Shown here piece after piece: positions 13,131-27,525 of a DNA stretch of 64,000 nucleotides. This stretch comes from Macrostomum lignano. Taxonomy: Eukaryota. The stretch covers positions 313,694-377,693 of the forward strand of contig NIVC01001021.1 in assembly GCA_002269645.1 (NCBI GenBank), in the 5' to 3' direction. The notes beneath the pieces were generated by a model. That model did not search any database, had not been told where the DNA came from, and was given only the letters and a program-made list of their open reading frames with translations. Both the position numbers and the translations under genes were made by a program. Each line of letters opens with the position of its first letter. Position 1 is the first letter of the stretch.

Positions 13131-13609
13131 ATGGCTATGCTGCCAGACAGGCGGCCAATGCACATCACTAAATCTGGCGTTGTTCATCGCAAAAAATGTC
13201 GCCACCCGAAAACGCCGGCGGATCTAATGCGACGCTATTGCCTAGTGTGCGGCTGCAAGGCTGAGAATTATAACTTTGGCGTTATCAGCTGCGAGTCTTG
13301 CAAAGCGTTCTTTCGTCGTAACGCGCACAAGCAGACACTTGGCGAGGCTGGATTCGCCTGCAGTTTTCGGCGAGGCGGCTGCGAGGTCAGTCTGGCTACG
13401 AGGAAGAAGTGCCCCGGCTGCCGGCTGGCCAAGTGCTTCGCCGTTGGCATGCAGGCCGACCTCATCCAGAAGGCGGATCAGGTGTACCAACCGGCGGCTA
13501 AATCGCAGTCGTCTTCAGCCTCAGTACCGCTGCCGACGATGATGTCTGTGGGCTCGTCTTCGTCGTCTGTTTCATCATTCGCCTCGGCGATTCGCAGGTC
13601 GACGCCGCT

Positions 13610-13653
<44 letters not shown>

Positions 13654-15191
13654 TGCAGCCGGCCCGTCTACCTGACGCAGCCAGAGACTCGGACCAAAGC
13701 GAGCACCTGCTTCGACTCTGGCATCGCCTGCAGTCGCCTGAACCGAAACTGCCGCCGTCTTCATTCACTGAGCCGAATTGTAACGAAGCTTCTGGCGCGG
13801 AGGATCATCGCTACGCCAATGTACTTTTAGTTGACTTCTTTGTCGAACTGAGAAAACTGGTTGCGGATACGATGCTGTGCGATATTCAAGCGGCTAATGA
13901 CACTGGCGTAGCCATGCTAGAAGCCTTCGTCCATCAGGTTGCCAGGTTTATAGCGGGTCTGCGTCAGGTAGACCAGCTGGAGAAACCGCACTTTCTGGCT
14001 CTGCTCAGGTGCCGCCTGCATTCTGTGCTGTTCCCGCTGTCCTGCGCTGGCTACTGCCAGGATGATAGGCAGTTCTACTTCACCGTCCGGGGCAGTAAGA
14101 TCAGCTGTCACCCCATTCAGCTCTTTATCGATCTGGTTAGTAGTTTCTGTGAGCAACATTGGTCCTTAACTATCGCCTGTTAGCTACCCTACCTATAGAA
14201 CTAGTGACCCTATTTGCTACTTTATGCTATAGAATCGCCCTATTAGCTACCCTATACTATAGAATCTAGCTATTAGCTATTTGCTAGAATTACTCCATTA
14301 TCTTCCCATATATAACCCCTCTTTTATCTAGCTACCCTATAGAATCGGCCCATTAGCTACCCTATAGAATCGGCCCATTAGCTACCCTATAGAATCGCCC
14401 CATTATCTACCCTATAGAATCGCCCCATTAGCTACCCTATAGAATCGGCCCATTAGCTACCCTATAGAATCGCCCCAATAGCTACCCTATAGAATCGGCC
14501 CATTAGCTACCCTATAGAATCGGCCCATTAGCTACCCTATAGAATCGCCCCATTATCTACCCTATAGAATCGCCCCATTAGCTACCCTATAGAATCGGCC
14601 CATTAGCTACCCTATAGAATCGCCCCAATAGCTACCCTATAGAATCGCCCCAATAGCTACCCTATAGAACCGGCCCATTAGCTACCCTATAGAATCGCCC
14701 CATTAGCTACCCTATAGAACCGGCCCATTAGCTACCCTATAGAATCGGCCCCTAAGCCTGCAATCGTTAATATCTATCCCTCACCCGATAAAACGCAGGT
14801 GCGCAGCACCAGCAGCCACCTGGTTGACTACACGCCTCTGGTCGAATGCGACACCTACGTCAGGCTGCTGCAAGAGGTCACGGACATGCGGCCGGAACTC
14901 ATCGCATTGTTCTGCGCTGCCAAGCTGCTGTACCTGCCGCTTCGGGACTGCGACATCACCGATAGCCGAATGATTGACGCCTGCAATCGTTTAGGCCTGC
15001 GCTACCATCAGCACCTGGTGGATTCGCTCTATTATCATTATCCGTTCGAGTTTGACCAGAAACTGGAGGCCTGCTGCCGCCTGTTCAAATGGTCGCTGGG
15101 CTTTGATCGCACACTGCACAGTTTCATTCAGTACTGCCCGCTGACTGCCGGGTCCGCCCCAGCGAGAGATACTCCGGTGTCTTCTAAGTAG
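13131..15191 (+). CDS. Nuclear receptor, NR1I/J (HR96/DAF-12/NHR-8-like); exons 13131-14135 and 14799-15191, ~465 aa
   Basis: C4 zinc fingers CLVCG..NYNFGVISCESCKAFFRR and C..RRGGC...RKKCPGCRLAKC..VGM. The ESCKA P-box is typical of NR1J. Phase-0 donor ctg|gttagt joins acceptor cgcag|gtg. Poly-Pro hinge and a divergent LBD-like C-terminus. An additional 5' exon is possible. Confidence 0.85.
14325..14755. repeat. Intronic 25-bp minisatellite (tagaatcg(g/c)cccattagctacccta)
   Basis: About 17 units inside the nuclear receptor intron. Confidence 0.95.
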
Positions 15192-15974
15192 AATAGCGGA
15201 GCTTACGAATCTTGGAGGATTTTGAAGTTTAGCAGATTTCCAAGGATTTGACATTCAATTTAGAGTCACCATATAGTTTTATTTAGGACCAGTTTTTCTT
15301 TAAGTTTCTATCATGTAACACGAATTTACATTATTTGAATTGGTTTGCTTTACTGATGCTTTATCGATTTCATTGTCTGTTACCTTTTATTTTAGTAAAT
15401 CTGAGCACTTTCTAAATATTAACTTATTGTCTCTTAGCTGTGTTTAATTCATCAGTCAGTCTAAATGTAATAATTAATTTTATTGCAATGCCCCCATACT
15501 TTGTTTCTGTTGTAGGAGTTTTTGCACAATTAGCTCGTATTTCAACAGAATTGCACATGCATACTGAACCGTATTATCGATTTCTTTCTTAATCTTTGTG
15601 AAACTTTTGTAAATCTATTCATACTCAAATTTTTGGTGTTTTATTAGATTTTATTGCTTTGTACTGTCTGTTTTTTTCCTGAAAATTTCAAATATCGGAG
15701 GCACTGTTTGTTGTAAACTATAAACTATTTTCGAGATATTTTGATTCATAAAAAATATTTGTTTTTTGAAACTGTTGAATATTTTTCATTGTGTTTTCTG
15801 CATTCTCCTGGTTATAAACTGTATTTGTTGTTTGCTGACGTATACAATGTACAAGTCGTTCCTTGCCTATATAATAGACGCCGTTATCAAACTTGATCAG
15901 TAGGGGTTTCTGATGAATAATTTAAATTGTTTAAGTTCTTCACTCAAAGTTTATGATGTTTATAAAACGTATTC

Positions 15975-17545
15975 AAGGGCTGAGGGAGAGCGGAGAGGCA
16001 GATTCTCAGGGACTGAGGGAGGCGGAGAGGCAGATTCTCAGGGACTGAGGGGAGAGCGAGGAGGCAGATTCTCAGGGACTGAGGGGGGGGGCGAGGAGGC
16101 AGATTCTCAGGGACTGAGGGGGATCGAGGAGGCAGATTCTCAGGGACTGAGGGAGAGCGGAGAGGCAGATTCTCAGGGACTGAGGGGGGGCGAGGAGGCA
16201 GATTCTCAGGGACTGAGGGGGGGGGCGGAGAGGCAGATTCTCTGGGACTGAGGGAGAGCGGAGAGGCAGATTCCCAGGGACTGGGGGGGGGGGCGGAGAT
16301 GCAGATTCTCAGAGACTGGGGGGGGGGGCGGAGAGGCAGATTCGCATGGACTGAGGGAAGGAGGGCGGAGAGGCAGATTCTCATGGACTGAGGGAGGGCG
16401 GAGAGGCAGATTCTCAGGGACTGAGGGAGAGCGGAGAGGCAGATTCTCAGGGACTGAGGGGAGAGCGAGGAGGCAGATTCTCAGGGACTGAGGGGAGAGC
16501 GAGGAGGCAGATTCTCAGGGACTGGGGGGAGAGCGAGGAGGCAGATTCTCAGGGACTGGGGGGAGAGCGAGGAGGCAGATTCTCAGGGACTGGAGGGAGA
16601 GCGAGGAGGCAGATTCTCAGGGACTGAGGGGAGAGCGAGGAGGCAGATTCTCAGGGACTGGGGGGAGAGCGAGGAGGCAGATTCTCAGGGACTGGGGGGA
16701 AAGCGAGGAGGCAGATTCTCAGGGACTGGAGGAAGAGCGAGGAGGCAGATTCTCAGGGACTGGAGGGAGAGCGAGGAGGCAGATTCTCAGGGACTGGGGG
16801 GAGGCGGAGAGGCAGATTCTCAGGGACTGAGGGAGGGGGAGAGGCAGATTCTCACGGACTGAGGGAGGGGGGAGAGGCAGATTCTCAGGGACTGGAGGGA
16901 GAGCGAGGAGGCAGATTCTCAGGGACTGGAGGGAGAGCGAGGAGGCAGATTCTCAGGGACTGAGGGAGGGGGAGAGGCAGATTCTCACGGACTGAGGGAG
17001 GGGGGAGAGGCAGATTCTCAGGGACTGAGCGAGGGGGGAGAGGCAGATTCTCAGGGACTGAGGGGGGAGGTGGGAGAGGCAGATTCTCAGGGACTGAGGG
17101 AGGGAGAGAGGCAGATTCTCACGGACTGAGGGAGAGGGGAGAGGCAGATTCTCAGGGACTGAGGGAGGGGGAGAGGCAGATTCTCAGGGACTGAGGGAGG
17201 GGGGAGAGGCAGATTCTCACGGACTGAGGGAGGGGGGAGAGGCAGATTCTCACGGACTGAGGGAGGGGGGAGAGGCAGATTCTCACGGACTGAGGGAGAG
17301 GGGAGAGGCAGATTCTCACGGACTGAGGGAGGGGGGAGAGGCAGATTCTCACGGACTGAGGGAGAGGGGAGAGGCAGATTCTCAGGGACTGAGGGGGGAG
17401 CGAGGAGGCAGATTCTCAGGGACTGAGGGGGGAGCGAGGAGGCAGATTCCCAGGGACTGCGGGGGGAGCGAGGAGGCAGATTCTCAGGGACTGAGGGGGG
17501 AGCGAGGAGGCAGATTCTCACGAACTGAGGGAGCGGAGCGATTCT
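15975..17545. repeat. G-rich ~32-bp minisatellite (gaggcagattctcagggactgaggg...)
   Basis: Constant core with a variable G/A tract. Explains the ORFs called at 15913-17744. Confidence 0.95.
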
Positions 17546-17909
17546 CGCGGACTGAGTGCAGAAAGGCAGCTGCTATAAATTGCCAGTAAAACTGATTATA
17601 CACATGTAATAGTAAATTCACATTGCTTCTATATTTTTCTGTGCTTGTCAGTTTTAACCTAAATAAAGAGCACTCGCTTTTTAGAATTTGTTTCATAATG
17701 TGCTGCTTCAGTGTCTTTTGATGATTTTTTTCTTGCATAAACATTGTTAAGGTTTAGTGCCTCATCTCCGGTATTAAGGCAACTTAGAGTACATTATGCT
17801 GTCTCAAATCGATCGAGCTGACAATTAATTTTCTAACAATAGTTTTAGGCGTGCTTGCTCAAAATTAATCAACTTAAAAGCTGCGGCAGTAATTAGAGAA
17901 ATTAAATGA

Positions 17910-18045
17910 ATTATCTATCTCTATCCGTCTGTCTATCTCTGTCTGTCTATCTCTATCTGTCTGTCTATCTCTATCTATCTATCTACCTATCTATCTATCT
18001 ATCTATCTACCTATTATCTACCTCTACCTCTATCATCTATCTATT
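17910..18045. repeat. (TCTA/TCTG)n microsatellite
   Basis: Read directly from the sequence. Confidence 0.9.
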
Positions 18046-18140
18046 CATAAGCAGCTGCCCAACCTGGCCAATTGCAGCCCGACAGACCAGCTGACTCGGT
18101 GACAGCTTGCTAGCAGTCAGGCGGTGCCGCATAATTCCGC

Positions 18141-20127
<1,987 letters not shown>

Positions 20128-20154
20128 CTAGAAATGCTCAATTTTCTTGTCATA

Positions 20155-21135
20155 GTGGCTTATTGAGTTGGAGATTCCGATAATAATCCCCTCAGTTGCT
20201 TATTGAGTTGGAGATTCCGATAATAATCCCCTCAGTTGCTTATTGAGTTGGAGATTCCGATAATAATCCCCTCAGTGGCTTATTGAGTTGGAGATTCCGA
20301 TAATAATCCCCTCAGTGGCTTATTGAGTGTGAGATCCTGATACTAATCCCCTCAGTGGCTTATTGAGTGTGAGATCCCGATACTAATCCCCTCAGTGGCT
20401 TATTGAGTTGGAGATCCCGATAATAATCCCCTCAGTGGCTTATTGAGTGTGAGATCCTGATACTAATCCCCTCAGTGGCTTATTGAGTGTGAGATCCCGA
20501 TAATAATCCCCTCAGTGGCTTATTGAGTGTGAGATCCCGATAATAATCTCCTCAGTGGCTTATTGAGTGTGAGATCCCGATAATAATCCCCTCAGTGGCT
20601 TATTGAGTGTGAGATCCCGATAATAATCCCCTCAGTGGCTTATTGAGTGTGAGATCCTGATACTAGTCCCCTCAGTGGCTTATTGAGTGTGAGATCCTGA
20701 TAATAATCCCTCAGTTGCTTATTGAGTTGGAGATCCCGATAATAATCCCCTCAGTGGCTTATTGAGTGTGAGATCCCGATAATAATCCCCTCAGTGGCTT
20801 ATTGAGTGTGAGATCCCGATAATATCCCCTCAGTGGCTTATTGAGTGTGAGATCCTGATACTAATCCCCTCAGTGGCTTATTGAGTGTGAGATCCCGATA
20901 ATAATCCCCTCAGTGGCTTATTGAGTTGGAGATCCCGATAATAATCCCCTCAGTGGCTTATTGAGTGTGAGATCACAGAAACCCTTCAGTGGCTTATTGA
21001 GTGTGAGATCACAGAAACCCTTCAGTGGCTTATTGAGTGTGAGATCACAGAAACCCTTCAGTGGCTTATTGAGTTGGAGATCATAGAAACCCCTCAGTGG
21101 CTTATTGAGTTGGAGATCACAGAAACCCCTCAGTG
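20155..21135. repeat. ~40-bp minisatellite just 3' of NAT9
   Basis: Unit cagtggcttattgagtgtgagatcccgataataatcccct, changing to ...atcacagaaacc variants at the right end. Confidence 0.95.
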
Positions 21136-22389
21136 GTTTATTGCGCCAGTTGGGTTGCTTGTGCGGCAATTTTTTGTCGCACAAGTTTAGCAGCCTAAGC
21201 ACCAATAAATTTATTAATTTTTTTTCTGAGCAGACTTTGAGCAGTCCTGGGGAATCTATATCAAACACCTGCTCCATATCTGTTAAAGCTGGTTAATAAT
21301 CATTTATCCGGGTTTGAAATGCTCCGTGCGCACGCCTCTCGCGCGTGCAACTGCCAGTGCCTGCTTTTGTTGCACTTTTTGTGGCTGCATTGTAGAAGCC
21401 CCCACGCATTCTGTAGGCGTTTAATACCCTCTCTTTCCCATGCTTTAATGGTTGCAGTTGCATAGTTTAACAGTTTGCACTGCTATTAATGATCTTTTTT
21501 ATCATTTTGACATTTGAAGCCTTAAAATAGAGCTTTTCCGGGGCAAATTAAGGATAGCAGTGTTTTATGGAGAATACTAGTCGAAGTTTTAAGAGTTTTA
21601 AGCGAAACACAAATATCTATGTCATGCTATCCCAGTCTAGGGACATCCCATATCAACAAAATTTCCATATTGGGCCATGGACTACTTACAATTATATAAA
21701 TACCAGTTGGAAATAAACTAATCAATTTACCAGTATTGTATTGCGTCAGAATTTTGTTTGAATGTTTCTTTATTTCTCGTTTAACTTGACCTCAGCTGTC
21801 TCTATGGGTAAGTAAAAGGCAGGCAGGAATAAAGGAGGTGACTCGTGTGCAGTGCGCAAACAGGCTTTGAAAGGGAAAGACAGTGCGAGAGACATATGAG
21901 GTCATAAAAGAGCATAAAGGTTATGGAAGGTCGTGAAGAAAGCGGAGGGAAAGAGGGTGTGGCGGGCGAGAGGGAAAGGGAGGAAGATTGGCAGAGGGAG
22001 CGGGAGGGAGAAAGAGAAAAATGTGAGAGGGAGAGAGTAAGAGAGGCTAAAGGAAATGGGGGGAGAGTAGAATGCGAAGGGCAGAGAGAGGAGGAGAGAC
22101 AGATAAAATGGGAGAGAGGAAGAGTGGCAGAGGTAGTGGGAGAGAGAGGGAGCTATCGAGAGAAGATGAAGGAGGTAGCGGCTCCAACAACCAACAGGGT
22201 CACCCGGTACCCAAATGAGGGTCCACAGTTTAGGGATGTGATGGGCTGCTTTATCAAATGTCTAATTATCCACTGTTTTTCCTAGTTTCTTTTCGGTATT
22301 AACTTAGCTAGCGAAATTTTATCTTAATATTGTCTGGTGCACTGTTTTGTCTCTATGCTTATCGGCGCACTCTAGTGCTCAGGGTCTCT

Positions 22390-22410
22390 GGTTAGGGTTA
22401 GGGTTAGGGT
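22390..22410 (+). repeat. Short (GGTTAG)3.5 telomere-type repeat
   Basis: ggttagggttagggttagggt. Confidence 0.7.
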
Positions 22411-22711
22411 CTCTCCGGTTAGAGCATTCAGGGGAGAGAAGGAACGGAATTTCCCTTCCCTATACGCTCTGCACTAAGATGTCGGATCCAGTTCGTTGCT
22501 TTGGGGTGTGTTGAGTGAGTGAGTGAGTCTGGGTGAACTTGGATTCATTAAACTCAACACGTCACTGCTCCTACTAGGGTTTGCACTTTTGCCCTCACAT
22601 CGGCCAGGGACTTCTAATCCAGAAAACCAGTTAAACTAGTAACTTGAATTGGAAGCTAAGCTAAGCCATCCGTTTCTGATTGCTGATTTGTGAATAGAAA
22701 ATTTTAAACAA

Positions 22712-22896
22712 TCTGGGATGGGGGTCGCCACACAGCCTCAATTACCCCAGCTAATGCTGGCACCCATTTTACAGCTGGGTGAACTGAAGCAATGCAGAGT
22801 TAAATGCTTTGCTCAAGGACACAAATTGTTCCGATTGGGTCGAGAATCGAACCCCCGACCTTCGAGTCGTGAGTCCGACGCTCCAACCACAGGCTA
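22712..22896 (-). mobile_element. tRNA-derived CORE-type SINE
   Basis: The minus strand shows an A box (tagcctgtggttgg) and a B box (ggttcgattc). These are followed by ccttgagcaaagcatttaactctgcattgcttcagttcacccagctgtaaaatggg, which resembles the MIR CORE domain. Confidence 0.75.
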
Positions 22897-23599
22897 ACCC
22901 CTCAATAGTCTATGCATTCTTTTATATTCTTGACGTTACGTTTGGATACGTATGCTTGAACTGAAGCGACCAACCTTATCTAAAAATTTTGTGTTACAGT
23001 TACCATATAGCATGTTAGGTGAGGATTTCCCATAGACAGTCTCCACCATAGACATTCCACAGAGTAGACTGACCGCACGCAACAAGCAGACATGTTGACT
23101 TGTTAAATCTACATCAAAACAGAGCCCTTGAAAGCATGGATGAAGAAATGAAGAAGGATATATAGAGCCCGTTCTATAAAGCCATCGTAAGATAAAAGTT
23201 CCGACGGACGATCCAATCTACGCTACGACAGCTTTATAGAACGACCCCATAGTCCTTAAACGTAGAGTACAATGCTTTTAAAAATATTAAAAACTTTCCC
23301 TGCGTAAATCGTATTCAGCCTCCAGAGTCCAGGTCGATACAGAAGTCCCTGAATAAGGACTGCCCCACCCCAGGCGGGAAGTGCGCCCGCACTCGCCCTA
23401 CATTGTACATGTACCTTACTAATAATAAATCGCATTTTTATCCAACCCTATCCTCATTGGCGCTTCCGAAGCTCAGATTCTGCTGCTAATAATTACTGCT
23501 GGAATTCAGTTATATGGCCTTTTTAACATATTCATAGCTGTGCAATATGTATCTCTTGAGTATTGCCTATCCAAGCAAGATTCTAAATTCCAACGCAAT

Positions 23600-23969
23600 C
23601 TGCTCCACCCACCCAATTTACCCGATCCCTACACGATCTATCCGAGCCCTACCCAATCTACCTGAACCCTACCCAATCTACCCGATACCTACCCAATCTA
23701 CCTGAACCCTACTCGATCTATCCGATCCCTACCCAATCTACCTGAACCCTACCCAATCTACCTGAACCCTACCCAATATACCCGATACCTACCTATTTAC
23801 CTGAACCCTACCCAATCTACCCGATACCTACCCAATTTACCTGAACCCTACCCAATCTACCCGATACCTACCCAATCTACCCGATACCTACCCAATCTAC
23901 CCGAACCCTACCCAGTCTACCCGATACCTACCCAATCTACCCGAACCCTACCCAATCTACCCGATACCC
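23600..23969. repeat. 21-bp minisatellite (acccaatctacc(c/t)ga(t/a)cc(c)t)
   Basis: Read directly from the sequence. Confidence 0.9.
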
Positions 23970-24168
23970 GGTTTCTGAGTAGCTCAGTCGGTTTCTGAGT
24001 AGCTCAGGCAGTTTCTGAGTAGCTCAGCCGGTGTCTGAGTAGCTCAGCCGGTGTCTGAGTAGCTCAGCCGGTGTCTGAGTAGCTCAGCCAGTTTCTGAGT
24101 AGCTCAGCCGGTGTCTGAGTAGCTTAGCCGGTGTCTGAGTAGCTCAACCGGTTTCTGAGTAGCTTAGG
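23970..24168. repeat. 20-bp minisatellite with internal palindrome (ctgag-tag-ctcag)
   Basis: Ten units of ggt(g/t)tctgagtagctcagcc directly abutting the previous array. Confidence 0.9.
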
Positions 24169-24769
24169 TAGTCATGCTTAACCAAGTCCGTATTTTCGTC
24201 TCAAAGGCTTATTATCGACCTTGCGCGGACTACGACTAGTGCTCTATTTTCTGATCCGCTTGACTGAGTACCTTTTAATTGCTCTACGGGCAAAAATAGA
24301 CGGATCCCAATTTTCAATCAAATAAAAAGTATTTTGTGAAAGACAATGTGGAAACTATTAATAGAAAATAACTTTTTTACATCAGTCGTCTAATTTGATG
24401 TACTCAGTTCGTGGCGGTGTAAACTAGCCTCCAAAATGTTTGAAAATATTGGCGTTTATAAGAATATCAGTATGTCACTTTAAAGCTTGTTATCAGGTGT
24501 AAAGTAGCAATTTTTTAGTGTCCCCTTCGGGTTGCCAATATGCAAGGAGCAAAAATAATTCATGCAAATCCATTAAAAAAGCACCTTTTCTTAACAACCA
24601 ATTAATTCCTTCTTTAGTTTTATGAATCATCTTATTCGAGTAAAATTGTTATCGTCAAAGATGCTTGCTATGAATCTCTTGCTTCTAAAAGTAACAAACG
24701 AACACAAGAAAATAAAGCCCTCACAAAGATAACAGGCATTCCCCCTAAATCGAAAGCCTCCCTAGACCG

Positions 24770-25415
24770 GAAGCATCCCCCCAGATAGCAAGCATCCCCC
24801 AGATAGCAAGCATCCCCCAGATAGCAAGCATCCCCCAGATAGCAAGCATCCCCCAGATAGCAAGCATCCCCCAGATAGCAAGCATCCCCCAGATAGCAAG
24901 CATCCCCCAGATAGGAAGCATCCCCCAGATAGCAAGCATCCCTCAGATAGGAAGCATCCCCCAGATAGCAAGCATCCCCCAGATAGCAAGCATCCCCCAG
25001 ATAGCAAGCATCCCCAGATAGCAAGCATCCCCCAGATAGCAAGCATCCCCAGATAGCAAGCATCCCCCAGATAGCAAGCATCCCCCAGATAGCAAGCATC
25101 CCCCAGATAGGAAGCATCCCCCAGATAGCAAGCATCCCTCAGATAGGAAGCATCCCCCAGATAGCAAGCATCCCCCAGATAGCAAGCATCCCCCAGATAG
25201 CAAGCATCCCCCAGATAGCAAGCATCCCCCAGATAGCAAGCATCCCCCAGATAGCAAGCATCCCCAGATAGCAAGCATCCCCCAGATAGCAAGCATCCCC
25301 CAGATAGCAAGCAACCCCCAGATAGCAAGCAACCCCCCCCCCCCAGATAGCAAGCATCCCCCAGATAGCAAGCAACCACCCCCCCCCAGATAGCAAGCAT
25401 CCCCTAGATAGCAAG
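24770..25415. repeat. 18-bp minisatellite (cccccagatagcaagcat)
   Basis: About 35 units. Explains the minus-strand ORFs at 24668-25414. Confidence 0.95.
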
Positions 25416-26304
25416 CAATAAAACCCTCACAAACATAACAAGCATTCCCCCCCCCCTATATCGAAAGCATCTCCCCAAATAGCAAGCACGATATCAGGTG
25501 TTATATTTAATCATAATAACTAAGAATCTAACAGTAGTGACTGTACGAGCGTGAAGGGCTTTTTACTTGTGAATTTTTTAGAGAATTTTTATTCCTTTAC
25601 TTCATCTGCTGCCTATTCCAATGGAGGGCTAACAGTAAGTTCTGGTTAATCATGTTCTCTGAGAGAGAGCCATGGCTCGCCTCATTAGAGATAAGTAAAG
25701 TCGCTATAGAAATGTCCAAGCATTTCTTGGTTCGGTGTATTCGCACTGGCAAACCGCTCTCCGGCAGCTCAAGATATTCCTTAATCCCGTGTCTTCAGTC
25801 TCCGTCCATCATCTCATTTTAGTTTACCTTGCTTTTAAATTATCGGACTAGCGGAATGGAATATATCTTCCTTTTGACGTTGAACTCCTTAATAATTCAC
25901 GGAAGAAATCCCTTTAAAGATCTCTTGAAGAAAACATTCTAAACACCATGGCTGAAGCAGCTGTCAAATTCAAATTACATAAATTAGCCACCTAAATAAG
26001 CAAAGCTAGGGCTAGTCAGCGTTAATTAAACGTGATTCGATCTCCCTTGGGAAATTAATTATACCTATACATCTCTGGCGTAGGTACTGGCACAGGTGCA
26101 CTTTAACTAGTAACCCGCTTGAGTTAGATATGCCTCGTACTTTAAGATTCCTAGAAAAAAACCAGGATCATATTCGCTTTATCTGCGCGACTCAGCCGGC
26201 TTGGGAAAAACCCCACTGAATTTTACAGGCCCAGGGTCCCAGACAGACTTGCGGAAATTTTTCTAACCTTCTTTCTCATTCTAGTTAAGATAACGCGCGT
26301 CTGG

Positions 26305-26791
26305 CGATTGTTCTCTAACAGGAGACGCGACAATTTCCTACCGCCTTAAGATTTACGTTAGCGTTGGGCTTTAGGTTAGGGTTTAGACTAGGGTCTGCTA
26401 TCGTTTAGGGTTAAATTTAGGTTAGGGTTTTTGGATTACGGTTCAGGATTTAGAGTTGGGTTTGCCGTTGAGGGTTATGGTTTAGGTTTTAGATTTAAGA
26501 TTTATGTTAAAGGTTTAAGTTTAAGGTTTAGGTTAGGATTTAGGCTAGGGTCTGCCATCATTTAGGGCTAAATTTAGGTTAGGGTTTTTGGATTACGGTT
26601 CAGGATTTAGGGTTTGGGGTTGCCGTTTAAGGTTAGGGTTTATGTTAAGATTTACGTATAAGGTTTAAAGTTTTGGTTTAGGTTTGGGGTTTAGGTTTAT
26701 GATTTAGTGTGTTAGAGTTTAAGTTTAAGGTTTGGGTTCGGTAGTTGAATTGTGACAGTCAATTGTCGTGAAAAAAATTATATAACAATCG
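26305..26791. mobile_element. MITE-like element with an internal degenerate TTAGGG-like array
   Basis: Imperfect inverted ends (cgattgtt..cgacaatt..ctaccg versus cggtag..aattgtcg..aacaatcg) flank ggttagggttt-rich DNA that contains a ~155-bp internal duplication. Confidence 0.5.
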
Positions 26792-26871
26792 TCTGCTGTG
26801 CTTATCTTTAAATATCAGTCTCAACTATATCTAAGATTCTAACTTTAATCGCACTTTAATGAATGTCTCCT

Positions 26872-27425
26872 TTCACTCAGCGAATCGCCTTTCACTCAGC
26901 GAATCGCCTTTCACTCAGCGAATCGCCTTTCACTTAGAGAATCGCCTTTCACTCAGCGAATCGCCTTTCACTCAGAGAATCGCCTTTCACTCAGAGAATC
27001 GCCTTTCACTCAGAGAATCTCCTTTCACTTAGAGAATCGCCTTTCACTCAGAGAATCGCCTTTCACTCAGAGAATCGCTTTTCACTCAGAGAATCGCCTT
27101 TCACTCAGAGAATCGCCTTTCACTCAGAGAATCGCCTTTCACTCAGAGAATCGCCTTTCACTCAGAGAATCGCTTTTCACTCAGAGAATCGCCATTCACT
27201 CAGAGAATCGCCTTTCACTCAGAGAATCGCCTTTAACTCAGAGAATCGCCTTTCACTCAGAGAATCGCCTTTCACTCAGAGAATCTCCTTTCACTTAGAG
27301 AATCGCCTTTAACTCAGAGAATCGCCTTTCACTCAGAGAATCGCCATTCACTCAGAGAATCGCCATTCACTCAGAGAATCTCCTTTCACTCAGAGAATCG
27401 CCTTTAACTCAGAGAATCGCCTCAC
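26872..27425. repeat. 19-bp minisatellite (cagagaatcgcctttcact)
   Basis: About 29 units, ending ~100 bp before the kinase ATG. Confidence 0.95.
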
Positions 27426-27525
27426 TCATTCATCCTTATGAATCGCTACTTGTGCAGACGCAAATGAATCATTAATGAGTTGACAGACCTTCAACGGTCT
27501 TATATGCAATAAATTTCAGCCAGAC

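Noticed and set aside
17760-18140. Sloth1/SMIM4 partner ORF upstream of the UQCC6-like ORF
   Set aside because: No matching ORF was seen; the 62-aa ORF there is microsatellite-derived.
24668-25414. Cys/Gly-rich ORFs (DACYLG and GGCLLS repeats)
   Set aside because: They derive from the 18-bp minisatellite and are open in several frames.
25600-25960. Possible coding remnant on the minus strand (IKEYLELPESGLPVRIH...)
   Set aside because: No recognisable motif, start codon or splice context.
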